Origin: Chlorokybus atmophyticus
Lineage: Eukaryota > Plantae > Mesostigma and Chlorokybus algae
Direction: 5' to 3'
NCBI GenBank assembly: GCA_009103225.1
Contig: RHPI01001965.1
Location: forward strand, 201,114-265,113
Length of the DNA: 64,000 nt
In this document: piece after piece, positions 24,331 to 36,691 of the stretch
Position numbering within the stretch: the stretch's first letter is position 1
Layout: each line of letters begins with the position of its first letter
Position numbers and translations under genes: made by a program
Notes under the pieces: generated by a model
What the model was told of the DNA's origin: nothing
The model's input: only the letters and a program-made list of their open reading frames with translations
The model's database searches: none

Positions 24331-27249
24331 GTTGTATATAGGTCAACCTATGTCCGTATATAGGTCAACCTATGTCCTTAATTTATTGCTAATGTACTAT
24401 ATGTTCCATAAAATGGAACATGTAGTACGTTAGCAGTCCATTAAGTTAAGCTCCATCTTATCATAATACGGATAACACATTGCTAAGATTGTAACATGAG
24501 CAGGAGCTAGTAACAAACAATTCAATGCCTGACATGCGCATTGGTACATATACCATTATCATTACCTTTGGTGGCCTCATACATAAACGGTCACTTGCAT
24601 GTACAAGACATATATTCGGTACACAGAGGCCACGTTTTTACATATGCGCATATGAACATGTGATAACATGTGGTGGTGGTGGTATACATGCATATATGTG
24701 CCAATGCGGCATGTCGATGTGCACATGCTCACAAATGCAATCGCTCTCATGCATGCTCGCATAGCCAATGGAACTTAATCCCGCATTGTTTGCCTATGAC
24801 CCTATTGTGCCCCATTTGGTAGGCTCACCAATTGGCTGCATAAAGCCACTCACACTGGTTTATGTGTGCAGCTCGTGTAGATTGGCGCCAGCTGTGGGCC
24901 CCGTATGGAGCGGCCCAAGCAAATATTCTGGCACTTATTTTAGCCAAGCTTAACATGGTATGCTTATTTATACGACCATAAGAAAGTGTGACCGCATGGG
25001 TGACCATAACACCGTCATAATTACTACCGAGCTTACCTCTTCTTCATTATAAAAACCATAAAAAGCACGACTACTTCACACATTTCTTAGTCTTCGCGGG
25101 ATTCTATTTAAGCTAAGCAGTACGCAATTATACAATCAATGTACCGCGTTCATTGTAAGCTTTGCGCATTTTTAACTGTATGCCGCTGCAATTGTGGTCC
25201 CACACTCGCTACCCTGTATGTTGGAATCGACTTACTCACTATTAGAATTGGCCCACTCTTGCAAAAAGTTTGGACGTGGTGCAGAAGAGTACACAGTAGC
25301 AAATCTTTGTGATAAAACACACAATCGCACAAACCATTGTTACCGTTATAAATAATCATATGGCCGTAATACACGGGTCTGCAAATAACTTGCATATGCA
25401 TGATACATGGTTACACTATAGGCTAGCACGCTAATGCTACTGGGCTCTCTAATAGTTAGCAGCCCCAAGATTTTTGTGGACTGCTTGTGAGACCCCATAT
25501 GTTTGCGTTACAATACAGCAAACGTCTTATGACTTGCTGCAATTGAACAATGACCTCAACATAGTAACTGGTGGTATAAATTAACACTTTTTGTGTAAGT
25601 AACACGTTTATAATGCGTGGCAAAGCGGGCTTCAATTCAAGTTTTTGCTTGCGGGCTAGCGGATCTCAAGTGGTTGCAATTTTCGATGATGTGCATATCA
25701 AAGTGCATCTGCCACATTAAATACCATTTCTCGTAACAACTACTGCCCCAAACTAGTGCTGCATGTATTTGCAAGCAAACGCCAAATGATGCGGTACACC
25801 ACTTAATGTCACGCTTTGCAATATTGCCACCTTTAATACTGAAAGGTGTATTACATTATAAGCGCATCATAACCATGTTCTGCTATCATAGCACAACATG
25901 GTGCGCCAGTGACGGTCTATGCTAATCAATGCGAGCTCCGATTTTAAGAGATTTTTTTTGTGAATGAGGTCATGTGTTACTGTGTTTACAACAACCGAGG
26001 TTGTCACCCTGGTGCTTGAAGCACCTGGTGCCATTGGCATTTTACTGCATCAATGACCTTATCATTGTCACATCATCAAGTTTTTGATTTGCACCTGCAA
26101 CTATAACACCTCGTTAAATACGCCACTTTAAATTATACGGGTGGCATAGCGGATCTTTAAGCGCAGCAATACAAAATAATGATGTGATGGGTTCTTACAG
26201 CATGCAACAATGCATACTAAGTATACAAGTAAAGGTATATGCAGTATAAATAACATTCTTATATAAGATGATTGGATTGTATGATATCCACCATGATTAA
26301 TAAATACTTTAGACAATCGCAATCCGATTAAAATTACAACCCTGCTTGCTTGCTTTTGTGGTAATGAGCAATGCCTACAATGTCGAGGCATATTTGCATA
26401 TAACGAGCTATTAATCGCATTTGGCACTAACATCAACTTGTGTATGATTGCTTGGGGTAATCATTGGTGATAATCAATAGAATGTAGCTTGACTTAAACT
26501 TAAATAAAAATTTATTCATCGATCTGTGTTGAACAATCTCTCAGCATGATACACAACTTGTTTCACACGATATGACAACCAAAAACACTTTTTTGCAGTT
26601 GAAGTTAAAGGTTAATTAATATGACTGTCATGATGGCCTGCAATTGTGTACGGATTATTAAAATACCATGTCATGTATACATGTGCTTATTATACGCATT
26701 ATGGACATAGAGATGTGCAACATGAATTACGTTTAGCTTACTTAACATATAATTGTGTTTTATACCTTATAGCAAGTTGATACCACACGCAACACAACAA
26801 TTCAAATATTATGCACTACTGTAACAATACCACTACTTACTTGCTGGTCCGGGCTTGGCAAACCGATGCACAAGCACCAAGGACTTACAGCGGAAGTCTC
26901 AGCAGCACCATGGTGGACGGGAAGTTGCAAAAGCGCACCAAGGGAGGATAACAAAATAAGTTCTATTTTGCTCAGCACAACGCTATCGGGGTCATTGTAA
27001 TGTTCGTAAGTTGTCCCCCGTAACAAGTCCCCCATTTCAAGGTGTTGTCTGAGATCCCCAGCAAAAGTTTACAAGCAACATAGCGATGTTCCGAGTATTG
27101 GATTATGAAGCCAACACTATCATTCACCAGGATTAGCTCAAAGGTTGATTTACTAAAGCAGCTGTTGCAAACGCAAAAAAAGCCCCGCAGAGCTATAGCA
27201 TCAACGAATGCAAGTGTACAGCAACTAGGCTGTCACAGTAGCTACAAGG

Positions 27250-28140
27250 CTGCGCTACCAAAGTAGTGGGCGCCACATCATGCTGAGGGCTTGCGGCGCC
27301 GCAGTAGGCACGCAAGTGCCCCGTTTCTCCATAGTTATAGCAAGTGCAAGAGTCGTGTTGCCCCCCCGTGGAAGCGGCCTAAGACTGCATAGGAGCGGTC
27401 CTGTAGCTGGTATGCCCCGCACCAAATGAGACTGCATAGGATCCACAGTAGCAGGGGGGTACTGGCCCCGCCCCTTGTTGGGAGTGTAGGCCGCCTTTGC
27501 CTTGGGCTTGGGCTGCGCCGCAGCCGCCTCCTGAATTGCCTTTTTAAGGCGCTTTGCCTCTGCATTGTACGTAGCTAGAGGGTCTATCGTGAGCTCCTCC
27601 ACCACCTTCCAACTGTTCTTGTTGGTAATTTCCACATGGTGGAACTGCTGACACACCTCATCCAATGCTAATGCACAGAGCACATCCGAGCAATACTGGT
27701 TGCCGGCATTCATGCAGAGGCTTAGAGCCCCTGGGTTTAGCGCCAAGCGCACCCACATTAACGTTACCAGCTTCCACATGCAAGTGCAAATGCAAACCTG
27801 TTGTACCTTTTACCTTGCTGTGAATAGTCATGATGTATATACAGAGGTGGACATGCAAGGGTGCAGAGGTGGACATGCAAGGGCCCTCCCCCCCACCGGA
27901 TACGGGGAGAGGAGGGATGCAGAACAATGGTATGCAAATACTTGCATGGGTTTTTACATAGATGCCTCTATGTAGCTGGCGAGCCCGCATTTTCGTAAGG
28001 CCAATGATGCACACATGTGCATGTTTGCGTGAGTCAAGTCCGCACCCTCATGCTTGTCCTACATGTGTGCTCGTATAAGTGGCCGTGCTCCACAAACAAT
28101 GAGCCCACCTTTCATGTTTTCATTGCGGCCTTGTAGTAAT
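27250..28140 (-). mobile_element. DIRS-order ORF1 (gag) fragment with two introns
   Basis: Homologous to 37848-38420 and 42790-43420. Exon 3 reads ALDEVCQQFHHVEITNKNSWKVVEELTIDPLATYNAEAKRLKKAI, followed by a decayed Zn knuckle. Confidence 0.85.
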
Positions 28141-28642
28141 AGCCCAGATGCTGTATATGCTGGTTGTGTTGATGGTAATAGCCTATATGGGCCCCGCTCT
28201 ATAAATGAGACATCTCAATTAAATGATTGATGAGTTGTAAAAACACCGTTCTTGTTCACTAACTTACGCTACCGATCCCAGGTGAAACTCGATACAATTA
28301 ACAATATACATCTTAATGACAAAAGTTGCATCATGCTGAGCACATTAAGTTCAGCTTTTGATAGCATTTACAGTGGATATGGACGATGTAATGGCTGCAT
28401 TGTAGAATGAAGCTCTTAATTAATCTCTATAATTGCTAGAACTTTGGTAGTCTTTATAAGAGACATAGTGCTTAAAACCGAGCCCGTGTGTTTTAGTTGT
28501 GGACACCGTGTGAAAAGTAATGGCCGCTATTGCATTGTAGTGCACACCCGCAGCGTGCACTACAACGTGCAAGAATGCAAGCATGCACCCATAATAATAG
28601 CAGCGGTTGTATGCAATTGCATACACCATTACAACAGAGGAC

Positions 28643-29013
28643 TGTTGAAAACTAGTGATGCGCCTAGTGTGTGTGTATTTGCCTCTTACATACAAGTGTG
28701 CACACACTAAGGACAAGTGCAGCAAGCACGCCAACTATAGAGACAATGTGCGACCCACTATATTAAGCAGTATACAGTGTCTTATATACTATGCTACTAA
28801 GCACTAGTCAACTCTAGTCAACTGTGGTAAAAGCCAACACTAGTTAACACTAGTCAATGGTCAAAATCAACGGTCAAAGTCAAAGTTGATCATGGTTAAC
28901 AATAACTCCCGTAACTCTTGTAACTCCCGTAGCTATATTGATTAAGCTGATCGTGCCAACTACATGTAGGCGCCGCCTATACATGTACTTTCGACAAGCT
29001 ATACCATTTAACA
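28643..29013 (-). repeat. Isolated family-B copia LTR
   Basis: Matches 52758-53155 in reverse complement; TG...CA termini; no matching TSD seen. Confidence 0.88.
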
Positions 29014-29324
29014 CATTCACCATTATTAGGGTACACATGAGTTTGCGGACTACACTATAGCTGCTATTGTCCACCTAGTGGATACTGGGGCCACACAAGA
29101 GTGTGTAACACTTCATTCATATGAGCCCACTTAATGTGCTTAATGTAGTTACAAGCTGCGTCTCATGTTGCAGTTGCGTTATGTCAATTCCTACTTGGTG
29201 AACTTACCATTCATTATGAGGATGTACGCATCTCGGACTTGTTATGGTTTAAGAGTTGGGTAACGGACTTGAAGTTGAAATGCCATTAAGTGGACATGTA
29301 CTCCGCCCACCAAGGTTACATTGG

Positions 29325-30310
29325 GTCTCATTAATGGGCAAAGTGTACGACTTTTGCTCGTTGGCATCAGGCTTGAGCACGGCGTGCCTTGTGTTCACCA
29401 AAGTGATAAAGCATTTGGTGCGCAATTATTGTGCACAAGGCATCCGTGCCTTGCCAAATATTGAGGACTTTAAAGGCATTTACTGAACGCTCAAAAGCTG
29501 CGCATGCCTCCACCCTAGCAATGGTGCAAGTGGATGCCACATGGTGCGGAATGATAATGAGCACCGAGGCATGAATGGGGCTCACCCACGTCTTTGTCAT
29601 TTTGAGCATGGCATGAGATATATACGCTAGCATTGTGCGTGTTTTGGGGCTAAAATGTGATGGTTTATTGCGATATCTTTGGTGCGCACATGGTGATAGG
29701 CGCCATGTGCTAGGTATTGGTCGGACCATGTGGCAAGCTACACTTAGTGTTCCCACATTGGTCTTTGTGGTCAAGCATGACATATGAATGTATGGAGCTT
29801 ATGAAAAATGCGCGCCCATGAACTCAAGAGAACTCGTTAATAAGTGATGAGACTGTAGTGCCCATAATGCCTTGGGCACTAGAGGGCACAAGCACTCCTG
29901 TAGTGTGAGTTGTGTGTCACAAACTCCTTATCTGGTCGCTTGAAACCCTAGCAAGGCGGTGCCATTCTTGATGAAGGTGGTAAGTGTGCTATATAATGCA
30001 GGTGTTCAGTAAGCTCAAGCTTTTACAACGATGTCAGCACAGTGAGTGGCGCTATTAACAAGCTGAACACCGAGAAAGCGTGGCTTTTGCACATGCCGTG
30101 GCGGAAGTTCCCATACTTATAGCCTGAAAACCTAGTGCAGACCTTGTGTATAAGCCAGCTGATACCTACACACTTGCACATTGGTGTTGTATTGCACTTG
30201 GGTGATGGGCGTAGCTGCCGTGCTCAAAACCCATAACAACCCCTTAATAATGTAATGACCCCCAGCGACCCCCCAGCATGAGATGTGTGTTGCATATAAC
30301 TTGTGTGGGA
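29325..30310 (+). mobile_element. Internally deleted DIRS-order copy: RT fragment joined to A, spacer and B
   Basis: GKVYDFCSLASGLSTACLVFTKVIKHLV (RT); repeat A ~29790-29985; spacer; B ending ATAACTTGTGTGGGAG at ~30312. Confidence 0.82.
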
Positions 30311-30619
30311 GTTTTTCAAACCCTCCACTTTAACTTCTGATTGTGACGGTGTGCTATTTCGGATAGCCATGCATCCTTTATATTAATTGTGGACTAGGTT
30401 TGTACCATCTCGGCCTCTACAGTCGTGACACTAGCTTCGCGCCTCTTCTTATTAGCTAAAAGCATGGTGTCGTGTAGCTTATTGGCACACCATGCACCTC
30501 ACACACATGCGGTGTATTACTAGCAGCTGCAATGCAACTCATACGCTCATTAACCAAATAGTCACCACGTAAAGAGGCACCCAACCAAGTTATAACCATA
30601 CCACCACCTTCCGGGGCAG

Positions 30620-31040
30620 CAATTAGGCGCTTCCTTTAGTCGATGGCGGGGTTGCGCGTCCAAAGGCAAGGCAGCCCAGCAATGCAATTGAAGCTTTTAC
30701 CTAGCTCAATGCAGCAAGAGGGTAGGCTATCCTTCATCATCCCCATATGGACTTCAAGCTTTTTGCTCAGCTTCATAATGCCGGTCAACACATGGCCATC
30801 CGTGAAAGTCGTGGAGCCGGCATGTGCTCACGAGAGCCACTTATGTTGACACGCAACGTCCCAACTCATGAGATCGTGTTCTGCATCGTTATTCACAAGC
30901 TATTTTTACTCTACCTAAGAACCAAAACCTTCACGCATCATGGTCATCATGTCAGTAGCTGCCTCGCCTCAGCGGGCACACAAACCGTACCATATTACCG
31001 TTACGCACATTCCGCCAATAGTCACCAGTGCAAAGTGTGA
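30620..31040 (-). pseudogene. Relic of a KDZ (Kyakuja-Dileera-Zisupton)-like transposase
   Basis: Broken frames give YGLCAR*G (cf. CARH), MSWDVACQH (cf. YDIACQ) and a downstream GMM...C...G segment in the expected order. Confidence 0.45.
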
Positions 31041-31391
31041 AATTATATCTTGAAGAGCTCAAGCTTGTAGGTGTCCTTCTTTCGCATGTTCAATGGTAGC
31101 AGCCTGGCAGCGGCCTGCCGCACCACCGCGATGAATGCGTGCGCGGTGGGAGAGGCCTGGCCTGCCATGGTATGCGCAGCGTGTATGGCGGGAGATACAT
31201 GTTTCGCAGGTGCCGGGGTGGTGGAATCCACCAACACCTTGGCTAAAAATAGGGCCACTGTGCCAGGGTGCGCCGGCAAGGCAGCCCAAACACGAGGCGT
31301 GCAAAGCTCCACAAAGCAATGCAAGTAGCCCTCATGGCCTCGCAAGGTGCTAGAAGCACGTGATGCCGCGGCTACTGCCGGGTATAAGGTG

Positions 31392-33706
31392 TGTTGAGAA
31401 CTAGTGATGCGCCTAGTGTGTGTGTATATGCCTCTTACATACAAGTGTGCATACACTAAGGATAAGTGCAGCAAGCACACCAACTATAGAGATAATGTGC
31501 GACCCACTGTATTAAGCAGTATACAGTGTCTTATATACTATGCTACTAAGTACTAGTCAACTCAAGTCAACTCTAGTCAAAGTCAACACTAGTCAATGGT
31601 CGAAGTCAACGACTAAAGTCAAAGTTGACCATGGTTGACCATAACTGCCGTAACTGCCGTCCTTCTCCTAACTCTGGTAACTCCCGTATCTATAAAGGTT
31701 AAGCTGATCGTACCAACTACATGTAGGCGCCACCTATACATGTACTTTCAACAAGCTATAACATTTAACACTCCCATGCGAGCAGCTTGACCTTGAACTC
31801 CAAGTTCTTCTCGCAAGCTTACCCACATTAACTTACTCCATTGAACACTCCTACGTATGTGTTGCTCCCACGGACTTGATGCTTGTCTCCGTGACACCAT
31901 CCTTCTCCTCGTGTTGCCAGCACAACTACAAGGTTCCAATACTCCTTGTTTCCTCCTCGTAGTTGTCGCATCAAGTTCCACCACGCCACGCCTGACCTTG
32001 CTCAGGTGATTTTGAAGACTCCCTCGATGGCAAACTATGCTATAATCTATACTGAGTTCTCTACCTTACCAGTGCTGTACCAGAGTGTAGGCCGTGCAAG
32101 GGTTGAGCAGACCCTTTTACCAAGGAAAGTACCCCTCCCATCTCCTGTTCGCTAGCTATACAACTCAGTCCTTGCATGCCAATCAGTTGAAGTCTTCAAT
32201 ATAGTACCGCACACCTGTGCTACCAAAAAAACAACTCCACAGCAATGCAACCTCTAGTGTATGCAGCTCAACACCAGCAACTACTCATAGGCTAGCAGTA
32301 ACTCTCACAGACCTTTGTGTCTGCGATCTCCGTCTACGCATGTCCTTCACGCGCCCCTGCAGTGGGAGAGGACGGACGAACACCATCCACTGCAACTCCT
32401 TGAGGTCCTCACCAGTGCTAGAAAGCAATCGCCATCATGGCGTGCTCCTCCTTGGTTGCCTCATCGTGGATCCTCTTCTGGCACTCACGAATGAAGTGGC
32501 CCTTCATCTTGCAGTAGTGACACTCTTTGTCACGTGATGGCTTCCCGCCACCTGCTGTGCTCCTGCTTCGTGTGTGTTGAGAAGATGAGGCAGCAAGTGC
32601 GATAGGTTCTCCACCATTCTCTATCTCCTAAACATCCAACTTGCCTTCCACAACTAGCAGCTTAGGCACTACATCAGCAAACTTCAAAACCACATTTGAG
32701 GACTCCAACACAGTCACTAGCATAGCAAAGCTCTTTCCTAAGCCAGCTAAGACTGCCCACATCACCTCCTCTTCCTTCACATCGTGGCCCATTGCTGCAA
32801 GTTCTTGCCAAAGCTCCCTTGCACGCGAGATGTACTTCTGATTGGCTCTTTGTGCTCCATCTTTAGAAGTGTCAGCTTGCGTCTCAGCTGCAACTTGCGC
32901 GAGTTGCTGTTGGCCTTGAAGAGGGTATCGAAGACCTCGCACGCCTCACGTCCAGTCTTGCAATCCGCAACAAGAGGGAGATAAAAGTCTTTGACGTGCA
33001 AGCCTACCAGCGCAAAAGTTGATTGTGAGTTCTTTGTGAGGTACCAGTGTCACTTGTTCTTGGCCGCAATAATGTGGAGGAAGTGGGATCGATAAAACTC
33101 CAGAGCTTCTTGCGGATTAGCACCAACTTCATCTGCAGCGACCATGAAGCGTAGTTGTGCAAATCAAGGGACTCAATGGGCATCCTATTTGTGTCAGCAA
33201 TTGCTTGCTACACAATAGTAGAACTCACCCTCTCCCCAAGAACACTCTACTAGTAGGCGCCTATGCTCAACACTTTCTCTCACTAGCACAAGCGATCACA
33301 CAAGCGAGTGTGGGCCCATAACCTGTTGAGAACTAGTGATGCGCCTAGTGTGTGTGTATTTGCCTCTTACATACAAGTGTGCACACACTAAGGACAACAA
33401 GTGCAGCAAGCACGCCAACTATAAAGACAATGTGCGACCCACTGTATTAAGCAGTATACAGTATCTTATATACTATGCTACTAAGCACTAGTCAACTCTA
33501 GTCAACTCTGGTCAAAGTCAATATTAGTCAACACTAATCAATGGTCAAAGTCAACGGTTAAAGTCAAAGATGACCATGGTTGACCGTAACTGCCGTAACT
33601 CTCCAAATGCTCGTAACTCCCGTAATTATAAAGGTTAACCTGATCGTATCAACTACATGTAGGCGCCACCTATACATGTACTTTCAACAAGCTATAACAT
33701 TTAATA
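31392..33706 (-). mobile_element. Non-autonomous copia, family B copy 1, inserted in the DIRS YR gene
   Basis: LTRs 33324-33706 and 31392-31770; PBS 33310-33323; decayed gag; PPT; TSD AGGTG/GGGTG (4 of 5 match); no IN or RT. Confidence 0.93.
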
Positions 33707-35454
33707 GGGTGCGCAGGCGCTCAATCTTATAGTCTGCGGGGACATTGGGCATCATCGATTGTAAGCTACGCTCGACAGCATCTGTACACATCATGTGTCA
33801 ATGGCCAAGACGCAAGTCAATTCGCGATGCCCACATGCGAGTGTTTGGCAAGCCCGCTTGGAGTTTCGTGACTTGTGGGCTAGGCCACAAGCAGGCTGGG
33901 TTGTTAGGCAGGCATACAACATCTGTATTAAATGGTGCCCACACTCCCGGGCAGAGAACGGGCCACCAATTTTTTTTTGGGGGGGGGGGTGGTCCATTTA
34001 AGTACGATAAGGCACATGCGAGCCTTGCAGTTGCAAGCATGTTGCAAGACAATACCAACACGGTGTGGAGGGGGGGGGGCGGGGGGGCGCATTAGTTGTT
34101 GCAGCCAGCCTCCAATCCTAGTGAAAGGCATTGCCAAACGAGCCTGTACATGGCAATGCCGAGTTGAAGGCCACACAATGCTGGCATTTGTGGCAAAGCG
34201 GTCCACACTTAAGGGGCCCCACTTGCGGGCGAGCGGGCCCAAGGTGTTTTGAGAGTCCAACCAATCCGATCTGGTGCCCTAGAGAGCGCGTCCACCTCCT
34301 CAATAAGCTCGCGTGGCAACCACTTTATGTGCAAGCAGATGCAATGGCGGTGGCAATGTAATAACGCAATATGCACTTGCTGCACGTGTGCGGCCTCACT
34401 GCCCCTTTTGCGCATGATGTAGTACACATTGCGGGCATCACCATAGCACAGCACAGTCCGCCCATATAGCTCCGCCTCTACAGTTAACATTGCTCGCTCA
34501 AGGCCTAAAAGCTCATATTATGTTAATAAAGTTAGGCACTCCTCATGTGTAAATGTGCCTTTTGCTACTGGGGTAGCCATGCCATGGCGCACTAGTCCCC
34601 AACCAGTGCCGCTAGCGTCCACATAATACACAATGTTCGGCCGTACTGTGGGCCATATAGGCGCAACATAAAGCTCCTTAATGTGGTCCCGCAGCGTGAG
34701 CTCATCAATTTCCGCCTTGTGTAGCACCATGTGTGAGTTCGGAGTGGCGCGTCTCAACCAAGCGGCATGTATGCCAAGTCATGAGTTTGATGGCAGGGCC
34801 CAACACCATGAACATGGATTGCAGCTTGCTATAAACGCCAGCAACTTCACTAGCACATGGCGCCTATTACCACATGCGCGCTGCAAGTATCCAAGCAAAC
34901 CATTGCGCTTCTTGCCGGGGATACGAAAAGTGCCAGTGTGTGTATCCCGCACAAAGCCGAGGCAAATGATGACTCTGCTGAGCACCACCTGTGCATTAGT
35001 GTCAATCACCAGCCCGCACCATGCTGCATCTGCTTGCACAATGAGTAGAGTGGAGGCATGCTCAGCCTTGGAGCGAGCAGCAATGGGAAGTCGTCAATGT
35101 ATGGCAATACACGCACGCCCTGCACTTGCCAACGGTGCACCAATTGCTTCATCACTTTTGTGAACACAAAGCACGCCATGCTCAACCCAAATGGTAACGA
35201 GCAGAAGTTGTACACTTTTCCAGCGAATGAGCACCCCAAGTACTCTAAGATGCGTGGTGTATGTCCACATGATAATAACCGGACTTCAAATTCGCGGAGA
35301 ACAACCAGTCCTCGGGCTGCAGTAAGTTTGGGATGCTGAGCACATCCTCATACTTGAATGGCGTGTTCACCAAGTCGGAGTTGACAGCGCGCAAGTTCAT
35401 GACGAGGCACAGCTTGTGGCCATCATTAATCACATTGAGTGAGCTCATAAAGGG

Positions 35455-35699
35455 NNNNNNNNNNNNNNNNNNNNNNNNNNNNNNNNNNNNNNNNNNNNNN
35501 NNNNNNNNNNNNNNNNNNNNNNNNNNNNNNNNNNNNNNNNNNNNNNNNNNNNNNNNNNNNNNNNNNNNNNNNNNNNNNNNNNNNNNNNNNNNNNNNNNNN
35601 NNNNNNNNNNNNNNNNNNNNNNNNNNNNNNNNNNNNNNNNNNNNNNNNNNNNNNNNNNNNNNNNNNNNNNNNNNNNNNNNNNNNNNNNNNNNNNNNNNN
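35455..35699. other. Assembly gap inside the DIRS RT
   Basis: N run. Confidence 0.99.
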
Positions 35700-36691
35700 G
35701 GAGGGGGCGGGGGGGGACACTCTTGTGCGGCCCCACTATGCACTAGGTTGGCGATAGCAGCCGAGTGAAGTCCGCAAACTCATGCACACCCTCGTAGCTG
35801 GTGAATGCCCATTCGGGGGGAGGGTCAGCCGCCCATGGTAGCTTATACCCGTACTCCACTCAGGACAGGACCATAGTAGAGTTGTAAAATTGCCGCCATG
35901 CTGATAAGGCCTTTCGTAAGCGGTGTGTTATGTATGGACCTTTCACAACCAAGTTGCTAGGTGTGTGTGCATTTTATGCATTTTGCTTTGAAACTCATGG
36001 TGTTTCTTGTAGTCCTCCACCAACTTTTACTCAATCAAAGTGTGGTTAAGGGCCACCGTGCACACTGCCTCCGTTTTTACCCTTCATATGTGCAACAAGT
36101 GAGTGCAAGCACTCCCATATTGTAACGGTCACCACTTTTGTAAACAATGCCTAATTAGGACGTTCAAGGTGTTGACAGAAAGCGTTGCTCAGCACTCAAA
36201 CCGAACAGCGGCTGCAAGTAATAGGCAGTTGCATCTAGCCGAGGCCTTCCATGAGCCCAATAATGTGCAAAAATAGTAAACCGTGTTTAAATCTCACATT
36301 TATTAGCTCTGCACAAGCGTCATTATGTCACAATAATAAATTCAAAGTCTCATGCCTTTTGGAGGTAATCTAAGACTTTAAAATGAATTCATAGGCATTA
36401 CATGCGCACAAGTATTTAGCTACTAGACGGTTATGATACAGCTATGGGGCTTTGCTACCAAACTAGTGGCCGCCACGGCCTACAAAGGGCTTACGATAAT
36501 ACGCACGCAGGTGCCCTGGCTTCCCGTGATTGTAGCAAGTGCGGGAGTTACATTGACCCCCAGTGGAAGCGGCCTGAGGCTGCATAGGAGTGGTCCTTCA
36601 ATTGGTAACTGGGTCCCGCATCATATGCATACAACCCAGAGTAAAAGGGGGGGTACTAGCCCCGCCCCTTGTTGGGATGGTAGGCAGGCTT

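Noticed and set aside
26802-27100. Exon-like segment ending in CAA|GTAAGT on the minus strand, possibly a CACTA-type relic
   Set aside because: Similarity too weak to name; upstream in-frame stop.
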